NCBI GenBank assembly: GCA_963663805.2
Contig: CAXXMR010000009.1
Location: forward strand, 416,001-480,000
Direction of reading: 5' to 3'
Length of the DNA stretch: 64,000 bases
From: Sedimentisphaerales bacterium
Lineage (GTDB): Bacteria; Planctomycetota; Phycisphaerae; Sedimentisphaerales; SM23-30
Of this stretch, positions 19,645 to 28,912 are shown piece by piece. A program made the position numbers and the translations under genes. Each line of letters starts with the position of its first letter. Within the stretch, counting starts at the first letter, position 1. Under the pieces are notes generated by a model. It saw only the letters and a program-made list of their open reading frames with translations. It made no database searches and was not told the origin of the DNA.

Positions 19645-21686
19645 ATGAGTAAAACCAGAATGATTATCGGTATGTTGGTTGGTTTGCTGCTGGCGGGTGG
19701 GGCAGGTGCTGAGCGTTTGAATGTTCAGACGACGCTGGGGCAGACACCGTTCAAGCTGCATAATGAGACTCTGAGCTCGCAGGAGAAGATGGGGATTATC
19801 TTGCGGATGGCTGAGGATTTTGTGGGTTATGCCGAGACGCACGATATATATTTTGCCAGTGACGAATATGAGGCCTGCGGTGGGTATTTCAATGCCTCTG
19901 GTCATGGGGTCGCGTGGGGGCGCGGGGGCAGTAATCTTTCTATGGTCTATGCGGTATTGCTGAGTGAGCAGCCTTCGCGGCAGGTTTTTACGAAGCACGA
20001 TATTTCGCGCAGTCAGTTGGTGAATCATCTGGAGAATCATCTGCGTTCGATGTGTATGGCGAACAAGAACTGTTCACGTTATATCGAGGCTAGCCATACT
20101 TGGGGCGGGCCGGCGTGGCAGACTTCGCTGGATTTTCTGGGGCGGCGTGGGCGTCGCATCTGATGGAAAGCGAATTGAGTGCTGATACTCTGGCTTTGAC
20201 ACAGGAAATTATAACGCTGGAAGCTGATAATCTGGATAAGACCATACCCAGCGGGACGCCGGGTGATACTCGAAGTGAAGATTGCTGCTGGAACGCGCCG
20301 TTTCTGGCGTTTGCGGCGAATAAGTTTGCCAGTGACCCGCGGGCGTCAAACTGGGATTATCTGGCCAAGAAATGGGCGATGAACGCGGTTAGCACGCCGG
20401 AAGACGCTACCTGTACGGATTTGGTTGATGGTGTGGCGGTGCAGGACTGGATTTGTACGGAGAATCTGTTTTCTGATTTAACTTTGGAGAACCACGGGTT
20501 CTGGAGTATTGGCTATCAGGTTCAGATGATGATGATGGCGGACGGCGAGCTGGCTTATCTGTTGTTTGGCAATTCGGTGCCGGAGGCGTTTTATTATCAT
20601 GCTGACGATATGTGGGAAGATGTTGGTTTGCCGGTAAGTATGCGTGACGGCGATTATCTTTACGCATCGGGTCAGGACTGGTACTGGAAGACTTATACTC
20701 AGACGGAATATTTCGCTCGGCAGTTCCTCTGTCGGGGTAATTCGGGGGCGGCGGCATTCGAGAGCCGGTCTTTGCAGATGGCTTATTTGCGTCAGCGTTC
20801 GAACGGGATGGGGGATATGAGCTATGATTTTGGCACCTCTACTGTGGGTTTGCGTCGGAATATGATGGTTTATATGCTGCACAAGCATTGGCCTAACAGT
20901 GCCAAACGTAAATATGACGAGATGGCGGTGGCGGAAGCTTCGCAGTATGGCGTTTATGATTTTCCGTATGTGAAAGTCGGTGTGCATCGCACGAGCCAGA
21001 AGCTGGTCTCGGTTTCGTGGCATCAGGATGCTGGTCGTGAGCCGATTTATGTTATTCCTGACCGAGGTGATATGTTTACGGACCCGCCTTTGAATATTAC
21101 TTACAATAATATGTCAGGTAACGCGGCGGTTAGTGTTAGTTCGGGCGGAGCTTCGCAGACAATGTCGATTGTGCCGGGGGTGGTAACCGAAGACAGCGGC
21201 AGTATGACGGTTCGTTATCAGCGTAAGTGGGGCAGTGCGGTGACTCAGTATGTCACGGTGGTTTCGCTGAGTGATGAGGCGACTGTTTATCTTACTCATT
21301 TCAAGGCGGAGGCTGCGTCGTCGGTTTCGGTGGGGCCTTTGTTTCCGGTATATCCCGATTTTGCTGAAGGGTTCAATGACAAGACGTTTGAGCAGTTCCG
21401 GGGCGAAAAGTGGCTTAATATAAACGATTGTATGGGTTTTGTTTCGCCGGTTGATTTGCCGTCGGCTATTGCGGTCAATAAGTTTGTATTGAAAAACTCG
21501 GCCAGCTATAGTGTCGCGGCGGGTGAGTGGTTCAGTCCGGCGGCGGTGGTGGTTTATGTATATCAGGGACATACGGTAACCGAATCTCTGAAGGACAGTG
21601 CGGTTTATGGCACACCGACGACGGATGGTGATTTGGTTCTGGATATAACGAGTTCGACAGGTAATCATCAGGTGAGTTTGTTTTAG
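19645..21686 (+). CDS. secreted hypothetical protein (possible polysaccharide lyase-like fold), one frameshift
   Basis: ORFs 19642-20163 and 20100-21686 join as WQTSLDF/SGAAWASH if the T4 run at 20133-20136 is T5. Signal peptide; helical-looking N-half with GDTRSEDCCWNA and LENHGF; beta-rich C-half. Confidence 0.7.
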
Positions 21687-21767
21687 AATGTGAAGATGGA
21701 GGCCTGCGGGCAAGGTCGAGATGTTCTTTAGGATGGAGGATGTCGCCGAAATCATAGAAAGTTTTTT

Positions 21768-23947
21768 ATGTTGAGTCGGGTAATGGTTTTAATGGGGTGT
21801 CTGGTGCTGTCGGCAGGCGGTGCCGAGGGCCGGCCTTTATCCGAGCCGTTTGGGTGGTTCAGTATTCCGGTGGTGGGGATTACTGAGGTTCTGCCGACGT
21901 GTGACGGGGTTTACGCTCAGTATAAAGGGACGATCGCTTATAAGAACAAGCTGGCTTTTGAGCGGCTGGAATTTGATTTGTCTTTTCATTATCGCGGGGG
22001 CGGGGCGACGCGGTTTTGTTTCAGTTTGATAAGGAGCGGCGGGACAGCAGTATAAACGACCATCATCTGCATCATCTGGGGTTCTATAATCGGGGCTATG
22101 GTCTTTTGTTTGATTCGGACGGTTCGGCAGCGGTGGTGAAGACCGAGGAGTTTGGCAAAAAAGATGAGCTGCTGAAACTGACAGGTGAATTTGATTATTC
22201 GGTGCCGGTTCATGTTTGCATTACTCAGCAAAGGCGGGGGGATGAGCTGGTCATTTCGGTAGAGCTGGGCGATTCGGGGGTTGTCGAGACGGTAAGCGAT
22301 AAGCTCACCGAGGGGTTTGACGACAGCGGTTATATTGGTTTGACGGTTTTCTTTGGTCGCAGCAGTGTCGCGCTGAAGAATATCTCGGTTGAGGGGCGGC
22401 AGTATCGTACCGACCTGGGGCAGAAGCCGCGGGCGTTGTATCTGGCGGATTATTTTGAATGTGAGGGGCGGCGGCTGGTACATTGGCGCTATGATGAATG
22501 GACGACAGATTATCAGAAGGTGCTGATAAAGTCACCTGATGGTCAGATTCTTGATATTTTACCTTATCCTCAGGATACCTGGACCGTGCCGTCTGGTTAT
22601 GACCGGAGCGCGGTGGTTTTGTGTGTGACCAATGTCGATGGCCGAGTCAGTGAGCCGGTTCAGGTGCGTTTGCAAGATGACCACGCGGATTATTTTGCCG
22701 AAGGCGGGATGGAACGGGTGCTTTTACGGAAAACCGAGCGGGGCGGACGGTTCTATCTGAAGGATTCGGGGCATGATTTTGTGGTTAAAGGGGTGAATTA
22801 TGTGCGGTTGCGTTATGGCGACCATTGCACGTTTGAGGCAGACACAGCGAACGGGCCGAGCTGTTATGACCCTTATGACGCTGAGAGTATGTTCAAACTG
22901 CTGAAGAAGTATGGCTATAATACGGTGCGGGTTTTTGTGGTGGGGCGGAACCTGGATAATCCGGGAGTTTCGGGCGATTACGATAATGAAGGCCTTTATG
23001 GGCCTTATATGGCGAATTTTATTGATTTTGTGGAGCGGGCCCGGAAATATGGAATTTATGTTTTTCCGACTTTCTGCGATGGTGAGCTTCCGCGTAACAA
23101 GCGTTACTGGGATATTATTAAGGATGCCAGAGAGGGGTTGCGGCTGGACGATGTTACGCATCGGACGCATAACGCGGTTTACGCTACGGTTGAAGGACAC
23201 CGGGCACGGGCTTTGTATTTGCAGGATTTTTTGAATTATCTCAAGGCGAAAGATGCCTCACTGTTGACCTCGCTTTTGGCGGTGCAGTGTCAGAATGAGC
23301 TTTCGATGAAGGGGACGCAATGGCCTTTCGATATTACCGAAGGGGAATTCAAAGGGCCGGACGGCAAGGCCTATAATATGGGCCGCGATGATGAGCGGCA
23401 GAAACTTTATGAGAATATTTTCGCGTGCTATCATCAGGCGATGGTTGAGGCGATTGATGCGGTCGATTCGGAAATTTTGGTGGGCGAGGGGATTTTTGTT
23501 CCCCGGATAGTGGGCAAGGATTATGATGGCGCTAATTACGGTATCCGTAATCTTGATGAGTCGTCTGACCGGTGCCCGCCCAAGGCGTCGCTGCTTTTGG
23601 GCAGTGAGCTGGATTTTGTAGATATACATATTTACTATGTTGACAAGGAATGCGATTTAGCCGAGAGCTATAAGCGAGATATGGTTTCGACTGGGCTTTA
23701 TAGTGATGCCATGAAGGAGATTTTGCAGAGCAAGGCATTTTTCATGGGTGAGTTTGGCTCGTTTAAGTTTATGGCAGAGAGTTTTGGGCAGGCCAAGTGT
23801 GATATTCTGGCTACGCGTGATTTGGCGCTGAATGACGGGGCCCACGGATTTATGATTTGGACCTTTGATACCTTTGAACAGCGGGGGCTTTGGCACGCGA
23901 TGGAAGATGAGAAGTTTTTGAAAGAGCTTAACGATACTATTAAATAG
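21768..23947 (+). CDS. secreted clan GH-A (GH5-like) glycoside hydrolase with N-terminal beta domains, one frameshift
   Basis: ORFs join at the G runs 21996-22005 (HYRGG/GDAVLFQFD); KGVNY, GYNTVRVF, QCQNEL (acid/base), DIHIY, MGEFGS (nucleophile), FMIWTF. Confidence 0.75.
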
Positions 23948-23969
23948 TTTTGTGGTTTGGAGTGAATGG

Positions 23970-26894
23970 ATGCTTAACAGATTTAGAATGATTTTGGCGG
24001 TCTTATTGTTTGCGGCAGGCGGAGCCTGGGCGGATGGTTTGTATAAAAGTACTTTGGGTAGTGCCTCTGACGAGATCATTTATACTGATGTTGATAATGA
24101 CGGCGACGCCGATGTATTGGAGCGGTGGTGGAACGGCAAGCGGTGTCGCTGGTTTGACGAAAATGACGATATGACCCGTTTTGATAAGCTGGGCGATTTG
24201 GTTTCGGATTGTGTCCAGGTTGATATGGACGGGGACGGGGTTTATGACGGAGCGGTGGATTTGTCGGTGAAGTGGGCGGATAATGACGGCGACGGACGGA
24301 GCGATATGCAGATTGTGGTAATCAATCCGCAGGTGGGTAAAGAAAAGAAGTTCGGCGGAGCGGCTCATTACATGGTCTTTGATGATACCGACCGTGATAA
24401 TGTGATGGTGTATTTTGACTGGTCTAAGTTTGATTTTCTGTGCTGGCGAAATACCGGTCGGTGTGATTTTTCTGCGGATTATAACGGTGATTCGATCTTT
24501 CTAAAGGCTCACATGGCACCGTTTGGTTTGAGTGACGCTCGTTTGAACTGGGAGAATCCGTTCGCTTTTTATGATATGGACGATGATGGTTGTACGGAGA
24601 TGTCCGTGCGTCTTATCGATAATCCGCTGTGCAATGCAAAGCTCGACAGCGCGTATATTTCGTATGACCTGGATAACGACAGTCAGCGTGATAATGAGAT
24701 GGACTATGACCTTACGCTGCGTTTTGAGAAAAACGAGGAGTTTGATTACAGCAAATACGTGAACAAATATCCTGACATCAGAGCCCCCAAGTGGGTTCCG
24801 AAGTATTTTCAGCGGCCTGAATGGCGGGTTATTGATGAGTTGATTTATGTGCCGCATGACAAATGTTATGAGGAGGCGTTTGGGGTTGACTGGGAGAGGT
24901 GCTATCTAACCTTCGATGAGGATGATGATGACCATCGCTGGGAACGGGTCGAGCTTTATTATCCGAACGACCCGTATGCGCTGCGGGGCAAGAATTCTTA
25001 TGAGGCGTCCCGGCAGGGCAGTTCAACGCCGATGAATATTCATCCGCAGAGCGATTCTTTGGGTGACAGGGGTGAATTTGACAAAGATAACAGCGGCAGG
25101 GGCAAGCTCTATATCAGCAAGTGGGATGGCCGGATTCATCTTTACGGGGCGGAATGGGGCAGTTGGGCGCTGGATTCAGAAGGTAAGTATTTCGGAGCGG
25201 TTGCAACGCCGCAGGTCAGCTCGCCGGAAATGGCTAAAGAGCTTGAAGCGGTAGTGATGTATTATGATACGGACCAGAACGGCTTTTTTGATTTGGTGGA
25301 GTTTGACTATGACGCTGACAGAGTGGCTGATTTGTCGGTTTCTCTGCTGGACTATGGCACGGATGAGTTTGAGCTGATTGACCCAGCGGCGGAGAAGTGG
25401 CTGGGGCTTCATGAGATATTCAAAAAGAATGCCGTGCGGTCGTGGGCTGAGGCCTGCGGGCTTTACCGGGCTTTCTGGCGGAAGGGTCTTTCGGGCAAGA
25501 GTATCGATGACTTGGCGTTCGCGTCCTCGACCTGGGAGAAGTATTTCCACGGGGCGAAACTGAAAGAAGCGATATTCAGAGCGTTGGCGGAAAACCTTAA
25601 AGCGGACCCGGAGAATTTGTGGCAATTGATGAAATATTATTTCAGCGGTGATTTCGCGGGGATGGAAAAGTGGCTTTTAGGGCTCGACTTTAGCGATAGT
25701 CTGGGCTCGGCGTTTCTGTTCAACGTGAAAAATCCACTGGCAATCGAGCGTAAGGATGAGCTGGTTTCGATACCGCTCAATCAGTTGCGGAATCTGGATA
25801 CGGATTCTTTTGTGGTATATGCCAAAGGTAAAGTTTGGCCCAGCCAGCTTGACGACACTGATTTTGACGGGATTGCGGACGCGGTAGTTTTTCTGCTGGA
25901 TATGGAGGCTGACGAGAGTGTTGAAGTTACCGTAAATAATACTGACAAGCCGACGGCGAGCCTGCGTCGGGCTCACGCGGAGATTTCGATTCAAACGAAA
26001 ATGCCGGAAGCGGCAGGCACTGGTAAGCTTGTGGACGGCGGGGCGTTTAAGTCGAAGACATACCTGTTCCGTATGCCGGATAATCAAAGTTCAGCGTATC
26101 GTTATGAAGGACCGCTAATCGAATCTGATAAGGTCGCTTATCGTTTGTACTGGGATTCGCGCGGGGCGATAGATGTTTTCGGCAAGGTCCGTGAGGCTTT
26201 TCTGGGTGATGCTCATACGCATAAGGCCAGTCATCATACGATGCAGAGCTGGGGGCGTGATTTGCTGCATAACGGGTCGGCGTTAGGTGTCGGTGGTTTG
26301 GGTATTGGCGTTGACGATAAGCGTTTCAGTCCCGGCCGGGCAAAATCAGCCAGAATTATTATCGGGACGGATGGCCCCATCAAGAGCAGCTATCGGATGG
26401 TTTACGAGGGTTTTGAATATAAAGGCAAGAGCTATAGTTTGACGTGGGATATTTCCATGTCAGCGGGCCAGCGGTATCTGAGTCATGTGGTGACGGTAAC
26501 AGAGGGCGGGGCGTTGGATATGATGGCGGCCCTGACAAATCATTCTGATGAGCATGATGCGGTTGAGGTGCATGGCTTGGATAACAAGGCCGGCCTGAAC
26601 TGGTTTGGCACTTACGGTGACCAGGTTTTTGACGATGAAGATAAGTCCAAGGCGGCGGTCAGTACGGAGCAGATGGGGTTGGCCTTGCTTTGGGATGCTA
26701 AGAAGGCAGCTAAGGCAGAGGAAACTGATTTGGAATATCGGGTGCTGTTCAAACCGGCACAGGAAGTCAGATATTATTCGTTGGCGGCATATAATCAGGA
26801 GTTTGGTGATGACGCCATTAAAGACGCAGGGCAGTTTAAGGCTTATTTGCAGAACCTGGCGGATAAGCTGGCCAGCCCGGTATTGCTAAAATAA
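23970..26894 (+). CDS. secreted protein with DxDxDG repeats and a C-terminal DUF4861-like domain
   Basis: Signal peptide; about 8 DxDxDG-like loops; VKNPLAIERKDELV, SQLDDTDFDG, YEGPLIESDKVAYRLYWD..IDVFGK, ALGVGG. Confidence 0.7.
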   Translation: MLNRFRMILAVLLFAAGGAWADGLYKSTLGSASDEIIYTDVDNDGDADVLERWWNGKRCRWFDENDDMTRFDKLGDLVSDCVQVDMDGDGVYDGAVDLSVKWADNDGDGRSDMQIVVINPQVGKEKKFGGAAHYMVFDDTDRDNVMVYFDWSKFDFLCWRNTGRCDFSADYNGDSIFLKAHMAPFGLSDARLNWENPFAFYDMDDDGCTEMSVRLIDNPLCNAKLDSAYISYDLDNDSQRDNEMDYDLTLRFEKNEEFDYSKYVNKYPDIRAPKWVPKYFQRPEWRVIDELIYVPHDKCYEEAFGVDWERCYLTFDEDDDDHRWERVELYYPNDPYALRGKNSYEASRQGSSTPMNIHPQSDSLGDRGEFDKDNSGRGKLYISKWDGRIHLYGAEWGSWALDSEGKYFGAVATPQVSSPEMAKELEAVVMYYDTDQNGFFDLVEFDYDADRVADLSVSLLDYGTDEFELIDPAAEKWLGLHEIFKKNAVRSWAEACGLYRAFWRKGLSGKSIDDLAFASSTWEKYFHGAKLKEAIFRALAENLKADPENLWQLMKYYFSGDFAGMEKWLLGLDFSDSLGSAFLFNVKNPLAIERKDELVSIPLNQLRNLDTDSFVVYAKGKVWPSQLDDTDFDGIADAVVFLLDMEADESVEVTVNNTDKPTASLRRAHAEISIQTKMPEAAGTGKLVDGGAFKSKTYLFRMPDNQSSAYRYEGPLIESDKVAYRLYWDSRGAIDVFGKVREAFLGDAHTHKASHHTMQSWGRDLLHNGSALGVGGLGIGVDDKRFSPGRAKSARIIIGTDGPIKSSYRMVYEGFEYKGKSYSLTWDISMSAGQRYLSHVVTVTEGGALDMMAALTNHSDEHDAVEVHGLDNKAGLNWFGTYGDQVFDDEDKSKAAVSTEQMGLALLWDAKKAAKAEETDLEYRVLFKPAQEVRYYSLAAYNQEFGDDAIKDAGQFKAYLQNLADKLASPVLLK

Positions 26895-26942
26895 TTTTCA
26901 GGTTGAGTAATAGTTGGCAAGGGCCATTTTAGGAGTTTTGTT

Positions 26943-27869
26943 ATGAAGACCATGGAGCGAATTACAAAATTTGCATCAGGGACGAAAAGGGAAGTATCCA
27001 TGGACGGTCTGGGTGCGGTGTTGGAGAATATGGCAGTGGAATCACGGATTGCCCCTGACCCGGTACGGTTCGAGAGAATGACAACGGAAGAAATCCGCAA
27101 CGATTTTCTGGTTGATAAGCTCTTTGGGCCGGACATGATACCGGTGATATATTCAGATGTCGACCGCGTAGTGATCGCTTCAGCGGTGCCGGTCAAGCAG
27201 GCATTGCTGCTGGGGTGTCCGCCTCAGTTGGCAAGTAAGTATTTCGCACAGCGGCGTGAGCTGGGCATTATCAATGTGGGCGGAGTCGGCAAGGTTTCGG
27301 TTGACGGCAGGATTTACGATATGGACACGAAAGACTGTCTGTATATTTCCCGTGGTCATAAAGAGATTGCTTTCGCCAGCGTGGACGTGACAGAGCCAGC
27401 CCGGTTTTATATGGTGAGTTATCCCGCCCACAAAGAGTACGCCACTACGCTCATGAAGCAGAAAGACGCTACGCCGGTCAATCTGGGTGATGAAAATAAT
27501 TCCAATAAACGCACGATTTACAAATATATTTATCCGGACGGCACCAGGAGTTGTCAACTGGTGATGGGCTTGACCGAACTCACGCCGGGCAGTGTCTGGA
27601 ACACCATGCCGGTGCATACCCATGCCCGGCGGACGGAAGTTTATATGTATTTCAATATCGACAAGGATAAGGATTGTGTGTTCCATTATATGGGCAAACC
27701 GGACAGCACTAAGCATGTGGTGGTTCGGAATGAGCAGGCGGTTATTTCCCCGAGCTGGTCGATTCATGCCGGGGTTGGTACGCGGAATTACTCGTTTATC
27801 TGGGCAATGGGCGGCGAGAATCAGGATTTCGACGATATGGACGGCGTGGCAATGCGGGATTTGAAATAA
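26943..27869 (+). CDS. kduI: 5-dehydro-4-deoxy-D-glucuronate isomerase
   Basis: RRELGIINVGG, SCQLVMGLT, WNTMPVHTHARRTEVY, SPSWSIHAG, WAMGGENQ; true start may be ATG 27030. Confidence 0.95.
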   Translation: MKTMERITKFASGTKREVSMDGLGAVLENMAVESRIAPDPVRFERMTTEEIRNDFLVDKLFGPDMIPVIYSDVDRVVIASAVPVKQALLLGCPPQLASKYFAQRRELGIINVGGVGKVSVDGRIYDMDTKDCLYISRGHKEIAFASVDVTEPARFYMVSYPAHKEYATTLMKQKDATPVNLGDENNSNKRTIYKYIYPDGTRSCQLVMGLTELTPGSVWNTMPVHTHARRTEVYMYFNIDKDKDCVFHYMGKPDSTKHVVVRNEQAVISPSWSIHAGVGTRNYSFIWAMGGENQDFDDMDGVAMRDLK

Positions 27870-27894
27870 ATTTTAGACGAAAAAGGATTTTAAA

Positions 27895-28656
27895 ATGATA
27901 TTGGATTTATTCAAACTTGACAATAAAGTCGCGATTGTAACCGGTTCGGGCCGGGGGCTCGGCCAGGGACTCGCCCTTGGTCTGGCAGAAGCCGGGGCGG
28001 ATATTGCTCTGGTCGATGTTATCGATATGTCCGAGACTGCCGCTAAAATCGAGTCACTGGGCAGGAAGGTTGTGCAGATTAACGCTGATTTGAGCGATAA
28101 GGCATGTGTGCCGGAGATTATCAGCAAGACCAAAGACGCTTTGGGTTCGATTGATATACTTTTTAATAACGCGGGGATTATCCGCCGGGCCCCGATTACG
28201 GACTTCACGGAAAAGGACTGGGACGACGTGATGAATATCAATATTCGCACGGTGTTTTTCCTTGCGCAGGCGGTCGCCAAGGTGATGATTGAGCAGGGAC
28301 GCGGCGGCAAAATTGTCAATACCGCCTCGATGCTGAGTTTTCAGGGCGGGGTGTTTGTCCCTTCATATACTGCCTCGAAGAGCGCGATTATGGGTTTGAC
28401 AAAGCTGCTGGCTAACGAACTTACCACTCATAATATCAATGTAAACGCTATCGCTCCGGGCTATATGGCTACTGATAATACCGCGGCACTGCGGGCGGAC
28501 GAAAAGCGTAACGCTGAAATTCTGAGCAGGATACCCGCCGGCAGATGGGGGACACCCCAAGACCTCAAGGGAACAGCGGTATTTCTGGCTTCGCAGGCTT
28601 CGGATTACGTAACCGGTTATACCGTGGCGGTTGATGGGGGTTGGCTGTCGCGGTAA
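27895..28656 (+). CDS. kduD: 2-dehydro-3-deoxy-D-gluconate 5-dehydrogenase (SDR)
   Basis: VTGSGRGLG, NNAGIIRR, ASMLSFQGG, YTASK, VNAIAPGYMATDNT; directly after kduI. Confidence 0.95.
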   Translation: MILDLFKLDNKVAIVTGSGRGLGQGLALGLAEAGADIALVDVIDMSETAAKIESLGRKVVQINADLSDKACVPEIISKTKDALGSIDILFNNAGIIRRAPITDFTEKDWDDVMNINIRTVFFLAQAVAKVMIEQGRGGKIVNTASMLSFQGGVFVPSYTASKSAIMGLTKLLANELTTHNINVNAIAPGYMATDNTAALRADEKRNAEILSRIPAGRWGTPQDLKGTAVFLASQASDYVTGYTVAVDGGWLSR

Positions 28657-28756
28657 GCAGATAACGGCAAAAGTGAATAAAAGCTGCAAACGCGGAGGAT
28701 ATGGCTAATTTGAGCCACGTTCTCCGTGATACAAATATGACTAGGGTGGCAAAAAA

Positions 28757-28820
28757 TATTTGCCGTTAAAAATCCGCGTAATCCGTGTAATCCGCGGTTA
28801 AATATTTTCATTGTCGTTGT
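28757..28820 (+). repeat. 64-bp direct repeat, copy 1 (three 9-bp AATCCGCGT-like units)
   Basis: 59/64 identical to 35413-35476 by manual alignment. Confidence 0.85.
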
Positions 28821-28912
28821 GTATAATTTCCAGTTTATCTGGATAATGGGGGCGGTTGGGGCCCGGGATGTCCGATAGTCAAAGTTGAGTTTCGGCATAT
28901 TGGAGTATAGTT

